From Dehalococcoidia bacterium (GTDB lineage: Bacteria; Chloroflexota; Dehalococcoidia; Lucifugimonadales; CAJWER01), in NCBI GenBank assembly GCA_965243655.1, contig CBDEVV010000017.1:1396319-1460318 (forward strand): a stretch of 64,000 nucleotides of DNA. The letters are read 5' to 3'. Position numbers and translations under genes: made by a program. Below are positions 23,889 through 34,630 of this stretch, piece by piece (positions within the stretch are counted from its first letter, which is position 1; each line of letters begins with the position of its first letter). The notes below the pieces were generated by a model. It saw nothing but the letters and a program-made list of their open reading frames with translations, did not search any database and was not told where the DNA came from.

Positions 23889-24509
23889 ATGAGCGTTAAA
23901 GGGCTGCTGGGAAAGAAAATAGGGACCACTCAACACTTCGACCAGGACGGCCGCGCCGTGTGTGTCACGGCGTTGGAGGTCGGCCCGTGCACCGTGACCC
24001 AGGTAAAGACAGAAGAGAGCGACGGCTACTCGAGCGCTCAGATCGGCTTCGAAGAGGTCAGGAGGCGCACCCAGCCTTTGGACGGCCACCTGAAGCCCTC
24101 GGGAGGCCTCTTCCGCCACCTGCGAGAGGTAGAGATCGAAGACGGCGGCGAGATCGAAGTTGGCCAGAAGCTGGACGTCGGGATCTTCGAGGCAGGCCAG
24201 AAGGTGGACGCTACCGGCACGAGTAAGGGTCGTGGCTTCGCTGGCGGAGTGAAACGGTACAATTTCCGCGGCGGCCCCAAGACCCACGGACAGTCTGACC
24301 GCCATAGGGCGCCCGGCTCCATCGGGGCCGGCAGCACGCCGGGGCGCGTCATCAAGGGCCTGAAGATGGCCGGCCACATGGGAAACGCTCGCGTGACCGT
24401 GCGCAACCTGAGAGTGGTCGAAGCCGACGCGGACAGGAACATTCTCCTGCTCGAAGGCGCGGTTCCAGGCGCCCATAACTCCATCGTCATGATTAGCAAG
24501 ACGGGCTAG
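23889..24509 (+). CDS. rplC: 50S ribosomal protein L3
   Basis: GLLGKKIGTTQHFD...GKGFAGGVKRYNFRGGPKTHGQS. Confidence 0.96.
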   Translation: MSVKGLLGKKIGTTQHFDQDGRAVCVTALEVGPCTVTQVKTEESDGYSSAQIGFEEVRRRTQPLDGHLKPSGGLFRHLREVEIEDGGEIEVGQKLDVGIFEAGQKVDATGTSKGRGFAGGVKRYNFRGGPKTHGQSDRHRAPGSIGAGSTPGRVIKGLKMAGHMGNARVTVRNLRVVEADADRNILLLEGAVPGAHNSIVMISKTG

Positions 24510-24512
24510 ACA

Positions 24513-25178
24513 ATGCGCATTTGGCTGAAGAACAACAGCGGCGATTCCATCGGGCGCGTTGACGCGCGGGACGACGTGTTCGACGCCCCGCCCAACCCGG
24601 CCCTGGTCCACCAGGTAGTCGTCGGGCAGCTGGCAAACGCCCGCCAGGGCACGGCAAGCTCCAAGACGCGGTCGGAGGTATCGGGAGGGGGACGCAAGCC
24701 GAGGCCGCAGAAGCACTCCGGACTCTCCAGGGCGGGCACTATTCGGTCACCGCTCTGGGTCGGCGGGGGCGTTGCCTTCGGCCCGAAGCCCCGGAGCTAT
24801 CGACAGCGGACGCCTAGGAAGATGCGTCGCCTGGCCCTCGTCTCCGTGCTCTCGGAGAAGGCACGCAGCGGCGACTTGGTGATCGTGGACTCGCTGGACA
24901 TCGAGGAAGGGAAGACTCGGCGCCTCGCGGAGATTCTCGCCGCGCTGGAGGTCAGCGGCCCTGCCCTCCTGTCGGCTGACGGGGCTGGCCCCGAGGTGCT
25001 CAGGGCGGCCAGGAACATCCCGAACCTCCGGACGGTTCCGGCCTCGCTCATCAGCGCAGTGGACCTCGTGCGGTGCCGCAAGGTCGTAATGACCGTGGAG
25101 GCCCTGAGGAAGGTCGAGGAGACGTGGGCGGGCCCCGCGAAATCGCGGACGCGCGCGTCCGCGTCAGAGGCGGCTTAG
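24513..25178 (+). CDS. rplD: 50S ribosomal protein L4
   Basis: Operon position, plus GGGRKPRPQKHSGLSRAGTIRSPLWVGGGVAFGP. Confidence 0.93.
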   Translation: MRIWLKNNSGDSIGRVDARDDVFDAPPNPALVHQVVVGQLANARQGTASSKTRSEVSGGGRKPRPQKHSGLSRAGTIRSPLWVGGGVAFGPKPRSYRQRTPRKMRRLALVSVLSEKARSGDLVIVDSLDIEEGKTRRLAEILAALEVSGPALLSADGAGPEVLRAARNIPNLRTVPASLISAVDLVRCRKVVMTVEALRKVEETWAGPAKSRTRASASEAA

Positions 25179-25188
25179 CGGGGTATAC

Positions 25189-25473
25189 ATGGTAGCTCAA
25201 GGTATCCTCATAAGGCCGGTAGTAACCGAGAAGAGCACTCTGCTGCAAGAGGAGCGCACGTACGTGTTCGAGGTTGCGCCGGAAGCAACCAAGCAGGAGA
25301 TCAGGCGCGCCGTCGAGGCAGCCTTCGACGTGAAGGTGGAGAGAGTCAACACCTTGAATGTGCTGGGGAAGAGGAAGCGGTACGGCGCAAGGCTGAGCCG
25401 CCAGCGGTCTTGGAAGAAGGCGATAGTCACGCTCGCCCCGGGCGAGTCAATAACAATATTCGAGGGCGTCTAA
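25189..25473 (+). CDS. rplW: 50S ribosomal protein L23
   Basis: [12 protein letters not shown]...[17 protein letters not shown]. Confidence 0.95.
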   Translation: MVAQGILIRPVVTEKSTLLQEERTYVFEVAPEATKQEIRRAVEAAFDVKVERVNTLNVLGKRKRYGARLSRQRSWKKAIVTLAPGESITIFEGV

Positions 25474-25474
25474 G

Positions 25475-26305
25475 ATGCCGTTGAAAAGCGCAAAACCTAC
25501 GACACCCGGACGCCGCGGAGCGGTGTTCCAGACCACCGACGACATCACGTCGGAAAAGCCCAAGAAGTCGCTGCTGCGGCCCCATAAGAAGCGTGCGGGC
25601 AGGGACAAGAGCGGCAAGATTTCGGTGCGCCATCGTGGCGGAGGCCACAAGCGCAGGCTCCGAGTCATCGACTTCAAGCGCAACAAGGTCGGCGTGCCAG
25701 GCGAGGTCGTGTCCATCGAATACGACCCGAACCGGTCCGCCCGCATAGCCCTGATCAAGTACAGGGATGGCGACTGGCGCTACATCCTCGCTCCCAACGG
25801 GCTGAGAGTGGGCGCGAAGGTCATGGCTGGACCGGACGCCGGCGTGAGCCTTGGCAATGCGCTTCCTTTGAGGGCAATTCCAACGGGTACGCTCGTGCAC
25901 AATGTCGAGATGCAAGTCGGCAGAGGCGGCCAGATGGTGCGCAGCGCCGGCAGCTCGGCCCAGGTGCTGGCCAAGGAGGGCCGATACACCCTGCTCAGGC
26001 TCCCATCGGGCGAGGTTCGACAGGTGTTGAGCGAGTGTATTGCCACTGTGGGCCAGCTGAGCGCCCTCGACCACAAGAATGTCAAACTCGGCAAGGCCGG
26101 ACGGAAGCGTCACATGGGCAGGCGTCCCGAGGTGAGGGGCGTCGTCATGTCGCCGGCCGATCATCCCCACGGTGGCGGCGAGGGGCGCTCGCCCATTGGA
26201 ATGCCCAGTCCCAAGACCCCCTGGGGCAAGCCGGCTCTGGGCTATCGGACCCGCAGGAACAAGAAGTCCGACAAGATGATCTTTTCTCGTAAGAACAGGC
26301 GCTAG
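25475..26305 (+). CDS. rplB: 50S ribosomal protein L2
   Basis: [26 protein letters not shown]. Confidence 0.97.
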   Translation: MPLKSAKPTTPGRRGAVFQTTDDITSEKPKKSLLRPHKKRAGRDKSGKISVRHRGGGHKRRLRVIDFKRNKVGVPGEVVSIEYDPNRSARIALIKYRDGDWRYILAPNGLRVGAKVMAGPDAGVSLGNALPLRAIPTGTLVHNVEMQVGRGGQMVRSAGSSAQVLAKEGRYTLLRLPSGEVRQVLSECIATVGQLSALDHKNVKLGKAGRKRHMGRRPEVRGVVMSPADHPHGGGEGRSPIGMPSPKTPWGKPALGYRTRRNKKSDKMIFSRKNRR

Positions 26306-26315
26306 AGAGGCTGTA

Positions 26316-26600
26316 ATGTCCAGGTCTATCAAGAAGGGCCCATACGTCGACGCCAAGCTCGCCAAGAAGGTGGAAGCGGCGCAACGAAGCAGGGGCAACG
26401 TGATGATACGGACGTGGTCCAGGGCGTCGATGATCATGCCCGACATGATCGGGCTGACCATCGCCGTTCATGACGGTAGAAGGCACGTGCCGGTATTCAT
26501 CGCTGAGAACATGGTCGGACACAGGCTGGGCGAGTTCGCGCCGACCCGGACCTTCAGGGGCCACTCCTCGAAGTCCGAGCGGATGACGACGCCGGCCTAG
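26316..26600 (+). CDS. rpsS: 30S ribosomal protein S19
   Basis: [12 protein letters not shown]...[14 protein letters not shown]. Confidence 0.97.
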   Translation: MSRSIKKGPYVDAKLAKKVEAAQRSRGNVMIRTWSRASMIMPDMIGLTIAVHDGRRHVPVFIAENMVGHRLGEFAPTRTFRGHSSKSERMTTPA

Positions 26601-26608
26601 GTGAAGAA

Positions 26609-26956
26609 GTGCCCGCAACAGCCAAGTCAACCAACACTGGTGTATCGGTCCGAAAGGTCAAGCCCGTGCTCGACCTCGTCCGCGGCATGTACGTCGAAGA
26701 TGCTCTGGACATGCTGAGCCTCATGCCGTCCCCGGTCGCTGCGCGAGTCGCCAAAGTCGTCAAGTCCGCCTCCGCCAACGCGGAGTCTGAGCTTCTCGGC
26801 TCGGCGGCGGACCTGAGGATCGTCGAGACGTTCGCAAACCAGGCCACGACCCTGAAGCGGTTCAGGGCAAGGGCAAGGGGCCGCGTCGCCCGCATCAAGA
26901 AGAGGAGCTGTGACATCACGGTAGTCATCGACGAGGTAACGCCGAATGGGCAATAA
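26609..26956 (+). CDS. rplV: 50S ribosomal protein L22
   Basis: [15 protein letters not shown]...[21 protein letters not shown] start. Confidence 0.94.
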   Translation: MPATAKSTNTGVSVRKVKPVLDLVRGMYVEDALDMLSLMPSPVAARVAKVVKSASANAESELLGSAADLRIVETFANQATTLKRFRARARGRVARIKKRSCDITVVIDEVTPNGQ

Positions 26957-27680
26957 GACACACCCGATAGGCTTCCGCTTGGGCGTCATCAAGGACTGGC
27001 AGTCCAGGTGGTTCGCGGCCAGGCCGGGCGAATACAGGGCGCAGGTCTCGGAGGACATGGAGATCCGCAGCACGGTCCTGTCCTCGTCCCCGGACGCGGG
27101 CATCTCCAAGGTCGAAATCGAACGCTCGAACGAGGTTGTGGTCACAGTACACACGGCCAGACCCGGCATCGTCATAGGACGCGGCGGGCAGAAGGTGGAA
27201 GAGCTCCGAAAGATGATAGAGAGCAAGTCCGCCAAGCGCGTCAGGCTCAACGTGCAGGAGATCCGCCAGCCCGAGCTCGACGCCTACCTGGTCGCGCGCA
27301 ACGTCGCGGACCAGCTGGAGCGCCGGATCGCCTTCCGCAGAGCCGTTCGTCAGGCCATAACCCGGACGATGCAGGCGGGCGCGCAGGGCGTGAAGATCAT
27401 ATGCGGAGGACGGCTCGGCGGTGCAGAGATAGCCCGAAGGGAGAAAGCTATGGAGGGCAGAGTTCCCCTCCATACCCTAAGGGCCGACATCGACTTCGCC
27501 GTCACCGAGGCCGCAACGGACTTCGGGCGCATTGGCGTCAAGGCATGGATATACAGGGGAGACATCCTCCCGGCTCCCAAGGAGCAGGAGGACGATATGG
27601 CCCCCATCGAGGTAACAGTCACGGCCGAACGAGAGGCGGCAACGGATGCTACAACCGAGGAGAGTGAAGTACCGGAATAA
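26946..27680 (+). CDS. rpsC: 30S ribosomal protein S3
   Basis: [23 protein letters not shown]...[15 protein letters not shown] (KH domain). Confidence 0.97.
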   Translation: MGNKTHPIGFRLGVIKDWQSRWFAARPGEYRAQVSEDMEIRSTVLSSSPDAGISKVEIERSNEVVVTVHTARPGIVIGRGGQKVEELRKMIESKSAKRVRLNVQEIRQPELDAYLVARNVADQLERRIAFRRAVRQAITRTMQAGAQGVKIICGGRLGGAEIARREKAMEGRVPLHTLRADIDFAVTEAATDFGRIGVKAWIYRGDILPAPKEQEDDMAPIEVTVTAEREAATDATTEESEVPE

Positions 27681-28059
27681 GCACAGGGGAAGGCGCAAGG
27701 GCGTGGCCCTCGCCGGCAGCACTGTGAATTTCGGGGACATCGGACTGAAGGCGACCGAGCCTGCCTGGGTGACTTCCAGGCAGATCGAAGCGGCGCGTCG
27801 CGTCATCACCCGCTACGTCCGAAGGAGCGGGAAGCTCTGGATACGCATCTTCCCGGACAAGTCCGTGACTGCCAGGGCGGCTGAAACTAGGATGGGGAGC
27901 GGCAAGGGAGCCGTGGACCACTGGGTCGCGGTCGTCAGGCCGGGCAGGATACTGTTCGAGATGGCCGGTGTCGAAGATGCGGAGGCGAGGGAGGCACTGT
28001 CCCTGGCCTCGGCCAAGCTCCCCATGGGCACCAAGATAGTAACGCGGCACGAAGTGTAG
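27646..28059 (+). CDS. rplP: 50S ribosomal protein L16
   Basis: [19 protein letters not shown]... Confidence 0.97.
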   Translation: MLQPRRVKYRNKHRGRRKGVALAGSTVNFGDIGLKATEPAWVTSRQIEAARRVITRYVRRSGKLWIRIFPDKSVTARAAETRMGSGKGAVDHWVAVVRPGRILFEMAGVEDAEAREALSLASAKLPMGTKIVTRHEV

Positions 28060-28063
28060 GGAC

Positions 28064-28267
28064 ATGGAAATCGACGACCTGAGAGCACTGGTTGACGAAG
28101 ACCTCGCCACCGAATTGGAAGAGGCGCACAGAGAGCTGATGAACCTTCGGTTCCGCGTGGCGACGATGCAGCTTGCCAACGTGACCCAGGTAAAGCAGGT
28201 CCGGAAGCGGATCGCGAGAATAAACACGATCATGACGGAAAGGGAGCTGGCGAAAGCCAACACATGA
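28064..28267 (+). CDS. rpmC: 50S ribosomal protein L29
   Basis: 67 aa. [14 protein letters not shown], operon position. Confidence 0.93.
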   Translation: MEIDDLRALVDEDLATELEEAHRELMNLRFRVATMQLANVTQVKQVRKRIARINTIMTERELAKANT

Positions 28268-29115
28268 GTCACGAGCGCCGCAAGATAAAGACCGGCCGGG
28301 TTGTCAGCGACAAGATGGACCGCACGATAGTGGTCCAGGTCGAGTGGCGAAGCCCGCACCGCCTGTACAAGAAGCCGATCAGACGTATGTCCAAGTTCAT
28401 GGTCCACGATCCTGACAACGCCTCGATGGTTGGGGACATAGTCCAGGTCATCGAGTCCAGGCCCAGGTCCAAGACGAAGCGATGGCGCCTCGTCAAGATC
28501 CTGCAGCGCAGCGAAGTGGTGGACATCCGCCCCGAGGATATCGGGGAGGACCCCCAGCCCGCTGTCGCAGTCTCCGAGCCGCCTGCTGATCCCGTGTCCG
28601 CCACGGACGACGCGGTGGAGCCGGAGGTCGAGACAGTTGCCGAGGTTGGTGCCGACACCGAGCCAGACGATTCCGCAGAGGAGACCGAGCCGGTGGCCGA
28701 GGCCGACACCGAGCCGGACCATTCGGAAGAGGAAGCTGAGCCGGTGACCGAGGCAGACACCGAGCCAGACGAAGCCGAAGAGGAAGCCGAGCCGGTGGCC
28801 GAGGCCGACACCGAGCCAGACGAAGCCGAAGAGGAAGCCGAGCCGGTAGCCGAGGCCGACACCGAGCCAGAGGAAGCCGAAGAGGAAGCCGAGCCGGTAG
28901 CCGAGGCGGACACTGAGCCAGCGGAAGCCGAAGAGGAAGCTGAGCCGGTGACCGAGGCAGACACCGAGCCAGAGGAAGCCGAAGAGGAAACCGAGCCGGT
29001 GGCCGAGGCCGACACCGAGCCGGAGGAAGATGATCAGACAGGCTCAGAGGGTCAGGCGGAAGCTAGAGCTCCTTCTGACAGCGAAGACGAAAAAACGGAG
29101 ACGGAGCCCCGGTGA
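28264..29115 (+). CDS. rpsQ: 30S ribosomal protein S17 with a C-terminal acidic repeat extension of about 200 aa
   Basis: The first 85 or so aa are canonical S17 ([20 protein letters not shown]...RWRLVKIL). The frame then stays open for about 200 more aa of E/P/A/D/T repeats. Its stop overlaps the rplN GTG (GTGA). Confidence 0.9.
   Translation: MSHERRKIKTGRVVSDKMDRTIVVQVEWRSPHRLYKKPIRRMSKFMVHDPDNASMVGDIVQVIESRPRSKTKRWRLVKILQRSEVVDIRPEDIGEDPQPAVAVSEPPADPVSATDDAVEPEVETVAEVGADTEPDDSAEETEPVAEADTEPDHSEEEAEPVTEADTEPDEAEEEAEPVAEADTEPDEAEEEAEPVAEADTEPEEAEEEAEPVAEADTEPAEAEEEAEPVTEADTEPEEAEEETEPVAEADTEPEEDDQTGSEGQAEARAPSDSEDEKTETEPR
28636..29043 (+). repeat. tandem repeat, 8 copies of 51 bp (17 aa), inside the rpsQ 3' extension
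   Basis: Unit starts gagccggtg at 28687, 28738, 28789, 28840, 28891, 28942 and 28993, exactly 51 nt apart, plus a degenerate unit at 28636. The unit encodes [17 protein letters not shown]. Confidence 0.95.
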
Positions 29116-29480
29116 TACAGATATATTCCCGCCTCAAGGTCGCCGACAACTCCGGCGCCCGCACCATCAGCTGCATCGGCGTGCCGGGCGGCAGCGGACG
29201 GCAGTATGCAGGACTGGGCGACATCATAGTCGCCTCCGTGAAGGAGGCCGCGCCGGCAGCCGCAATCAGCAAGGGCGAGGTCGTTCGCGCAGTGATCGTA
29301 CGGACCAAAAAGCCCTACAGGAGGACGGACGGGTCGCATATTCGTTTCGACGAAAACGCGGCCGTCATCGTGAACGAGGACCGGATGCCGCGCGGTACTC
29401 GCATCTTTGGCCCGGTCGCGCGCGAGCTCCGCGAGAAGAACTTCATGCGTATCGTATCGCTCGCCCCGGAGGTGCTGTGA
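29112..29480 (+). CDS. rplN: 50S ribosomal protein L14
   Basis: [17 protein letters not shown]... Confidence 0.97.
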   Translation: MIQIYSRLKVADNSGARTISCIGVPGGSGRQYAGLGDIIVASVKEAAPAAAISKGEVVRAVIVRTKKPYRRTDGSHIRFDENAAVIVNEDRMPRGTRIFGPVARELREKNFMRIVSLAPEVL

Positions 29481-29481
29481 G

Positions 29482-29799
29482 GTGAAGATTCGGGCGGATG
29501 ACAACGTGATCGTCATTAAAGGTCGCGACCGCGGCAAGCAGGGGCAGGTTACCAGGACGTACCCGCAGGCCGGCAAGGTGCTGGTGGAGGGCGTGGGCGT
29601 GGTGGTCAGGCACACCAAGCCGACGGGAACGGTGCGCCAGGCCGGGATAATCCAAAAGGAGATGCCAATACCCGCCTCGAACGTAATGCTGCTCTGCTCG
29701 CACTGCAGCAAGGGGGTCAGGGTTCGGTACAGGACACTGGCGGACGGCACGAAGGCCCGGGTCTGCTCCAGGGATGATTGTGGAGAAGTAATAGAGTGA
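29482..29799 (+). CDS. rplX: 50S ribosomal protein L24
   Basis: In-frame GTG 29482 ([26 protein letters not shown] motif). The track ORF begins at 29407 inside rplN. Confidence 0.92.
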   Translation: MKIRADDNVIVIKGRDRGKQGQVTRTYPQAGKVLVEGVGVVVRHTKPTGTVRQAGIIQKEMPIPASNVMLLCSHCSKGVRVRYRTLADGTKARVCSRDDCGEVIE

Positions 29800-30494
29800 C
29801 GACGGAGAAGAAAAACCAGGGTTCGAAGGCAAAGGCATCCTCCCGTCAGAAGGGCGGGTCTGCGCGAAGGTCCTCCAAGAAGGGCAAGCAGGACGCCGCT
29901 CCGGCGGCGCCGTCCGAGCCGCGCCCTATGCCCAGGCTGCTTGGGCGATTTCGCACGGAGATCACTCCGCAGCTCATGAGCGAGTTCGAGTATTCCAGTG
30001 TGATGCAGGTGCCCCGGCTGACCAAGATCATGATGAACATCGGCATTGGCCAGGAGGCCAGCCAGAACTCCCAGGCCATCGAGAACGCGACGGGGGACGT
30101 GGCCAAGATCTCCGGCCAGCGTCCGATCGTCACCCGGGCCAAGAAGTCCATCGCGGGCTTCAAGCTGCGCGAGGGTACTCCGGTCGGTGTCGCCGTCACG
30201 CTCAGGGACAAGCGCATGTACGAGTTCTTCGACAGGCTCGTAAGCTCGTCGCTTCCCAGGATCCGGGATTTCAGGGGCGTCTCGCCCGAGTCCTTTGACG
30301 GCAGGGGAAACTACTCACTTGGCATACGGGAGCAGATAATATTCCCGGAGATCGACTACAACACCATCGATAAGATTCGCGGCCTCCAGGTCGTCATAAC
30401 TACCACGGCGAGGACAGACAGGGAGGGCTTCCGGCTCCTGGAGCTGATGGGAATGCCGTTCGCAAGGTCGGAGTCAGAGGCCGCGGGCCTGTAG
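29796..30494 (+). CDS. rplE: 50S ribosomal protein L5, probably with a basic N-terminal extension of about 44 aa
   Basis: The core starts at [22 protein letters not shown] (ATG 29928). GTG 29796 overlaps the rplX stop (GTGA), has GGAGA upstream, and the intervening 132 nt is GC3-rich. Confidence 0.85.
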   Translation: MTTEKKNQGSKAKASSRQKGGSARRSSKKGKQDAAPAAPSEPRPMPRLLGRFRTEITPQLMSEFEYSSVMQVPRLTKIMMNIGIGQEASQNSQAIENATGDVAKISGQRPIVTRAKKSIAGFKLREGTPVGVAVTLRDKRMYEFFDRLVSSSLPRIRDFRGVSPESFDGRGNYSLGIREQIIFPEIDYNTIDKIRGLQVVITTTARTDREGFRLLELMGMPFARSESEAAGL

Positions 30495-30515
30495 CCACAC
30501 GGAGGCCGGTGAACA

Positions 30516-30701
30516 TTGGCGAAAGCATCGAAAATAGCGAGCTGGAAGAGGCCCAAGAAGTACAAGGTCCGCGAGTACAACCGCTGCATCCGCTGCGGAC
30601 GGCCACGGGCGTACAACAGGTATACCGGCCTATGCAGGATATGCTTCAGGGAAATGGCCCTGACAGGCATGTTGCCCGGAATCAGGAAGGCCAGCTGGTA
30701 G
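30516..30701 (+). CDS. rpsN: 30S ribosomal protein S14, short zinc-ribbon (type Z) form
   Basis: 61 aa. [23 protein letters not shown]. Confidence 0.95.
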   Translation: MAKASKIASWKRPKKYKVREYNRCIRCGRPRAYNRYTGLCRICFREMALTGMLPGIRKASW

Positions 30702-30729
30702 CCTGGCATAGAACCCAAGGAAGAAAGCG

Positions 30730-31131
30730 ATGACCGTAACAGACCCGATAGCCGATATGCTCACGCGGATAAGGAATGCAATCCTCGTCGGCCACGACTC
30801 GGTCTCGATCCCGGCCTCCAACATGAAGATGGCCGTAGCGAGGATACTGAGGGAGGAAGGCTTCGTTGCCGACGTGGCCACCGTCAAGACATCCTCCCCA
30901 AGCGGAGCGATTCGCCTCTCGCTGCACTACCACGAGGACGGCGAGCCTGCCATCAGCGGTCTGAAGCGCGTCAGCACGCCGGGACTGAGGGTTTACGTGA
31001 GAAAGGGCGAGATCCCGAGGTACTACGGCGGCCTCGCCGTCTCCATCCTCTCAACGTCCAAGGGTGTGATGACCGGTAAGCAGGCGTGGAGGGAGCAGGT
31101 CGGCGGTGAGCTGCTCTGCTACGTCTGGTAA
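30730..31131 (+). CDS. rpsH: 30S ribosomal protein S8
   Basis: MTVTDPIADMLTRIRNA... Confidence 0.97.
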   Translation: MTVTDPIADMLTRIRNAILVGHDSVSIPASNMKMAVARILREEGFVADVATVKTSSPSGAIRLSLHYHEDGEPAISGLKRVSTPGLRVYVRKGEIPRYYGGLAVSILSTSKGVMTGKQAWREQVGGELLCYVW

Positions 31132-31142
31132 GGGGTACGAGT

Positions 31143-31688
31143 ATGTCAAGAGTAGGCGCTCAACCAATCGAATTGCCCCAGGCCGTGTCGGTAGCGGTCG
31201 ACGGCAGCTCTGTGACCGTGAAGGGTCCCAAGGGCGAGACCACGCAGAGCTTCCACCGGGATATGGCAGTGGCGACGGAGAACGGCAGCGTCGTCGTGAA
31301 CCGCCCGTCTGACCAGCGCGAGCACCGTGCGCTCCACGGGCTCACCAGGAGCCTGATAGCGAACATGGTGGAGGGAGTCAGCGAGGGATTCACGAAGACG
31401 CTGGAGTTCGTGGGCGTCGGGTATAGGGTGCAGCAGAGTGGGAAGGGCGTGACCCTCAGCGTGATGCTGAGCCACACTGTGGACGTGCAGCCACCCGACG
31501 GAGTCACCCTCGAGGTCGAGGGCAACAACATCATCAGAGTGTCTGGAATAGACAAGCAGGCGGTCGGGCAGGTCGCCGCCGAGATCCGCTCCAAGCGTCC
31601 TCCGAACGTATACACTGGAAACGGTATCCGATACCAGGGCGAGCTGGTCCGGCTCAAGCCCGGCAAGAGCGCAAAGAAGGCCCTATAA
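31143..31688 (+). CDS. rplF: 50S ribosomal protein L6
   Basis: MSRVGAQPIELPQAVSVAVDGSSVTVKGPKGE. Confidence 0.96.
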   Translation: MSRVGAQPIELPQAVSVAVDGSSVTVKGPKGETTQSFHRDMAVATENGSVVVNRPSDQREHRALHGLTRSLIANMVEGVSEGFTKTLEFVGVGYRVQQSGKGVTLSVMLSHTVDVQPPDGVTLEVEGNNIIRVSGIDKQAVGQVAAEIRSKRPPNVYTGNGIRYQGELVRLKPGKSAKKAL

Positions 31689-31691
31689 GCA

Positions 31692-32060
31692 ATGCCTAGG
31701 GAAGGAACAAGCAGGATTCGTAGGCACGCGCGCCATGCGCGGGTGCGGAGCAGGGTCAGAGGTGTGGCCGGCAGGCCCCGGCTCGTCGTATTTCGCAGCC
31801 TTCGCCACATGTACGCCCAGGTCATAGACGATACCGAAGGCGTCACGCTGGCAGCCGCATCGACCCTCGATTCCGAAGTGAAATCGCGGAAGAACGGCGG
31901 CTCGAAGGCGGATGTGGCGGGAATCGTCGGTACGCTCATTGCGGAACGCGCCGCTGGCGCAGGCGTCGACACGGTCGTGTTCGACCGCGGCGGCTACAAG
32001 TACCACGGTCGGGTGAAGGCAGTGGCCGATGCTGCGAGAAAAGGAGGGCTCTCTTTCTAA
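31692..32060 (+). CDS. rplR: 50S ribosomal protein L18
   Basis: [20 protein letters not shown]...[24 protein letters not shown]. Confidence 0.96.
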   Translation: MPREGTSRIRRHARHARVRSRVRGVAGRPRLVVFRSLRHMYAQVIDDTEGVTLAAASTLDSEVKSRKNGGSKADVAGIVGTLIAERAAGAGVDTVVFDRGGYKYHGRVKAVADAARKGGLSF

Positions 32061-32602
32061 TGGTTTCCCGGTCCGACAGGAACCAGCCCGACGAACAAGG
32101 CCTCCAGGAGCGAGTGGTCAAGATTTCCCGCGTTGCCAAGGTCGTACAGGGCGGCAGGCGGCTCAGCTTCAACGCCGTGGTGGCCGTCGGTGACGGCGAG
32201 GGCAACGTGGGGATAGGAATGGGCAAGGCCAATGCGGTCCCCGACGCTGTTCGTAAGGGGGGCGTCAACGCCAGGAAGAATATGATCAAGGTACCCCTCA
32301 GGGACAGCACCATTCCTCATGAGATTGTGTCTAGGTTCGGCGCGTCCGAGGTTATGCTCAAGCCCGCTTCACCCGGCACGGGGGTTATCGCCGGGGGGTC
32401 CATCAGGGCCGTCGTGGAGCTTGCGGGCATCAAGGACATAACCACCAAGGCACGGTTCAGCACGAACCCCGTCAACACTGTGAAGGCCGCCTTCAAGGGC
32501 CTACAGATGCTGAGGGACCCGGAGGTCGAGTTTGCGAAGCGCAGGCAGCTCGCCGAAATGGCGCCCAAGCACCCCCGCCGGGGTAGGCGGAGAGGCGGAT
32601 AA
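32060..32602 (+). CDS. rpsE: 30S ribosomal protein S5
   Basis: [40 protein letters not shown]. Confidence 0.96.
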   Translation: MVSRSDRNQPDEQGLQERVVKISRVAKVVQGGRRLSFNAVVAVGDGEGNVGIGMGKANAVPDAVRKGGVNARKNMIKVPLRDSTIPHEIVSRFGASEVMLKPASPGTGVIAGGSIRAVVELAGIKDITTKARFSTNPVNTVKAAFKGLQMLRDPEVEFAKRRQLAEMAPKHPRRGRRRGG

Positions 32603-32603
32603 G

Positions 32604-32789
32604 GTGGCAAGGCTGACTATTACTCTCAAGAAAAGCACCATCGGCTTTCCCCGCGACCAACGGGGGACGGTGGCGGCGCTTGGCCTCAGGCGGCTCCACC
32701 AGACGGTGGAGCACGAGGACACACCGTCGATCAGGGGCATGTTGCACAAGATCAGGCACCTCATCGAAGTCAAGCCTGCCAACGGATAG
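32604..32789 (+). CDS. rpmD: 50S ribosomal protein L30
   Basis: In-frame GTG 32604 ([30 protein letters not shown]). The track ORF begins at 32532 inside rpsE. Confidence 0.9.
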   Translation: MARLTITLKKSTIGFPRDQRGTVAALGLRRLHQTVEHEDTPSIRGMLHKIRHLIEVKPANG

Positions 32790-32846
32790 CTGGCAGGTAC
32801 TACGGAAGCCCATACAAGAGAGCCTAGAACAAGAGCCATACAGGAC

Positions 32847-33296
32847 ATGAGACAGCACGAGTTGAGCCCCCCGAAAGGGTGGAAGAAGAACCGAAGGAGA
32901 AAGGGCCGCGGCGACGGCAGCGGCCGGGGCACGTATTCCGGCAGGGGCATCAAGGGCCAGAACTCCCGGAGTGGCGGCGGAGTGCGCCCGGGCTTCGAGG
33001 GAGGCCAGCTTCCACTGGTCAAGGCCCTCCCAGCCATGCGGGGCTTCACCAACATATTTCGCAAAGAGTACAACGTGGTCAACGTCGACCGCCTGGCCGC
33101 CTTTGGCTCCGGCGTGGAGGTAACGCCCGAGGTCATGGCTGAGAGTGGGCTGATCAGGGACCTGAAGGTCCCGGTCAAGGTACTTGGACGAGGAGAGGTA
33201 GACGGACCTCTGGTCGTAAAGGCTCACCGCTTCTCAGATTCCGCACGCCAGAAGATAGAGGCTGCCGGCGGCAGCGTCGAGGAGATCGCTTCTTGA
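32847..33296 (+). CDS. rplO: 50S ribosomal protein L15
   Basis: [38 protein letters not shown]. Confidence 0.96.
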   Translation: MRQHELSPPKGWKKNRRRKGRGDGSGRGTYSGRGIKGQNSRSGGGVRPGFEGGQLPLVKALPAMRGFTNIFRKEYNVVNVDRLAAFGSGVEVTPEVMAESGLIRDLKVPVKVLGRGEVDGPLVVKAHRFSDSARQKIEAAGGSVEEIAS

Positions 33297-34630
33297 GGCA
33301 GGCGCAGGCAGCCAGGCAGCAGGAGGTCACCAGGCCACAGCTCATCCAGTCGATGATCGACGCGATGAGCATTCCCGACCTGCGCGCCAAGATACTCTTC
33401 ACGCTGGGCATGCTCGTGGTCTACAGATTCGTGGCCCACATACCCGTGCCTGGCGTCAACGTGCAAGCCCTGTCGCAGTCGTTCGAGCAGGAAGCCCTCC
33501 TCGGCTTCCTCAACCTCTTCAGCGGCGGCGCCCTTGCATCAATGAGCGTCGCGGCGATGGGCGTATACCCGTACATCACTTCGTCCATCGTCATGCAGAT
33601 ACTGACGCCGGTCCTGCCGCAGCTGAAGGCCCTCTCCCAGGAGGGCGAGTACGGCCGGCAGCGGATCAACCAGATCACCCACTGGCTCACGGTGCCCATA
33701 GCGTTCTTCCAGTCATGGGGTACGCTGTCGCTCCTGCGCCAGTCGCCCGTATTCCCCGACTTCCCGTTCGGATTCAATCTACCCACAGCCTCGATGACGA
33801 TCTCGATGGTAGCGGGGACCATGTTCTGCGTGTGGCTCGGCGAGCTGATCACCGAGAAGGGCCTGGGCAACGGCATCTCCCTGATTATATTCGGCGGCAT
33901 TGTGTCCGGACTCCCAGGGGTGATCGGGCGCGGGTTCCTCGAGCGCGACGAGGCCGGCGGCCTCCTGATGCTCGCGGGATTCGGACTCGCGATCATCTAC
34001 GTCATCGTGCTATTCACTGAGGCACAGCGGCGCATACCTGTGCAGTACGGCCGGAGCGTGTTTAGAGGAGGGAGAATGCAGCGCCAGAGCGGCGCAACCT
34101 TCCTTCCGCTAAGAGTGAACTCAGCCGGGATGATACCGCTCATATTCGCATCCTCCATGATGATCCTGCCGATCACGGTGGCGAGCTACTTCAGCAACCC
34201 GCTGAGCGACAGCTTCATTGTGAACTTCATGCAGTTCCTGTCGGACTCCCTGGACCCGACCAAGTTCCCTTACTACGTGGGCCTCTTCATCCTGGTTGTG
34301 GCCTTCACGTTCTTCTACACGATGGTCGTGTTCCAGCAGCAGAATCTGGCGGAGAACCTGCAGCGCAACGGCGGCTTCATCCCGGGCATACGCCCGGGAA
34401 AGCCCACACAGGAGTATCTGAACCGCGTGATCGTCAGGATCACCTGGGGGGGCGCCCTCTTTCTCGGCGGCGTGGCGATCTCTCCATGGTTCGTGACCCA
34501 GGCGACAGATGTGAGAGCCCTCACCATCAGCAGCTTCAGCCTGCTGATCATGGTGGGCGTGGCGCTCGACACCATGCGGCAGCTCGAAGCGCAGCTTATG
34601 ATGCGCAACTATGAAGGATTCATCCGGTAA
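33293..34630 (+). CDS. secY: preprotein translocase subunit SecY
   Basis: [29 protein letters not shown], polytopic. TTG 33293 overlaps the rplO stop and has GAGGAG upstream. ATG 33353 is an alternative start. Confidence 0.93.
   Translation: MRQAQAARQQEVTRPQLIQSMIDAMSIPDLRAKILFTLGMLVVYRFVAHIPVPGVNVQALSQSFEQEALLGFLNLFSGGALASMSVAAMGVYPYITSSIVMQILTPVLPQLKALSQEGEYGRQRINQITHWLTVPIAFFQSWGTLSLLRQSPVFPDFPFGFNLPTASMTISMVAGTMFCVWLGELITEKGLGNGISLIIFGGIVSGLPGVIGRGFLERDEAGGLLMLAGFGLAIIYVIVLFTEAQRRIPVQYGRSVFRGGRMQRQSGATFLPLRVNSAGMIPLIFASSMMILPITVASYFSNPLSDSFIVNFMQFLSDSLDPTKFPYYVGLFILVVAFTFFYTMVVFQQQNLAENLQRNGGFIPGIRPGKPTQEYLNRVIVRITWGGALFLGGVAISPWFVTQATDVRALTISSFSLLIMVGVALDTMRQLEAQLMMRNYEGFIR

Noticed and set aside
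28269-29015. 248-aa minus-strand ORF ([16 protein letters not shown]...)
   Set aside because: It is the antisense shadow of the 51-bp repeats inside the rpsQ extension. It has no start context and sits inside a tightly coupled plus-strand operon.
28636-29043. CRISPR-like regular repeats, also considered for 52330-52760
   Set aside because: The units are contiguous with no unique spacers, are in frame within coding sequence, and there are no cas genes in the window.
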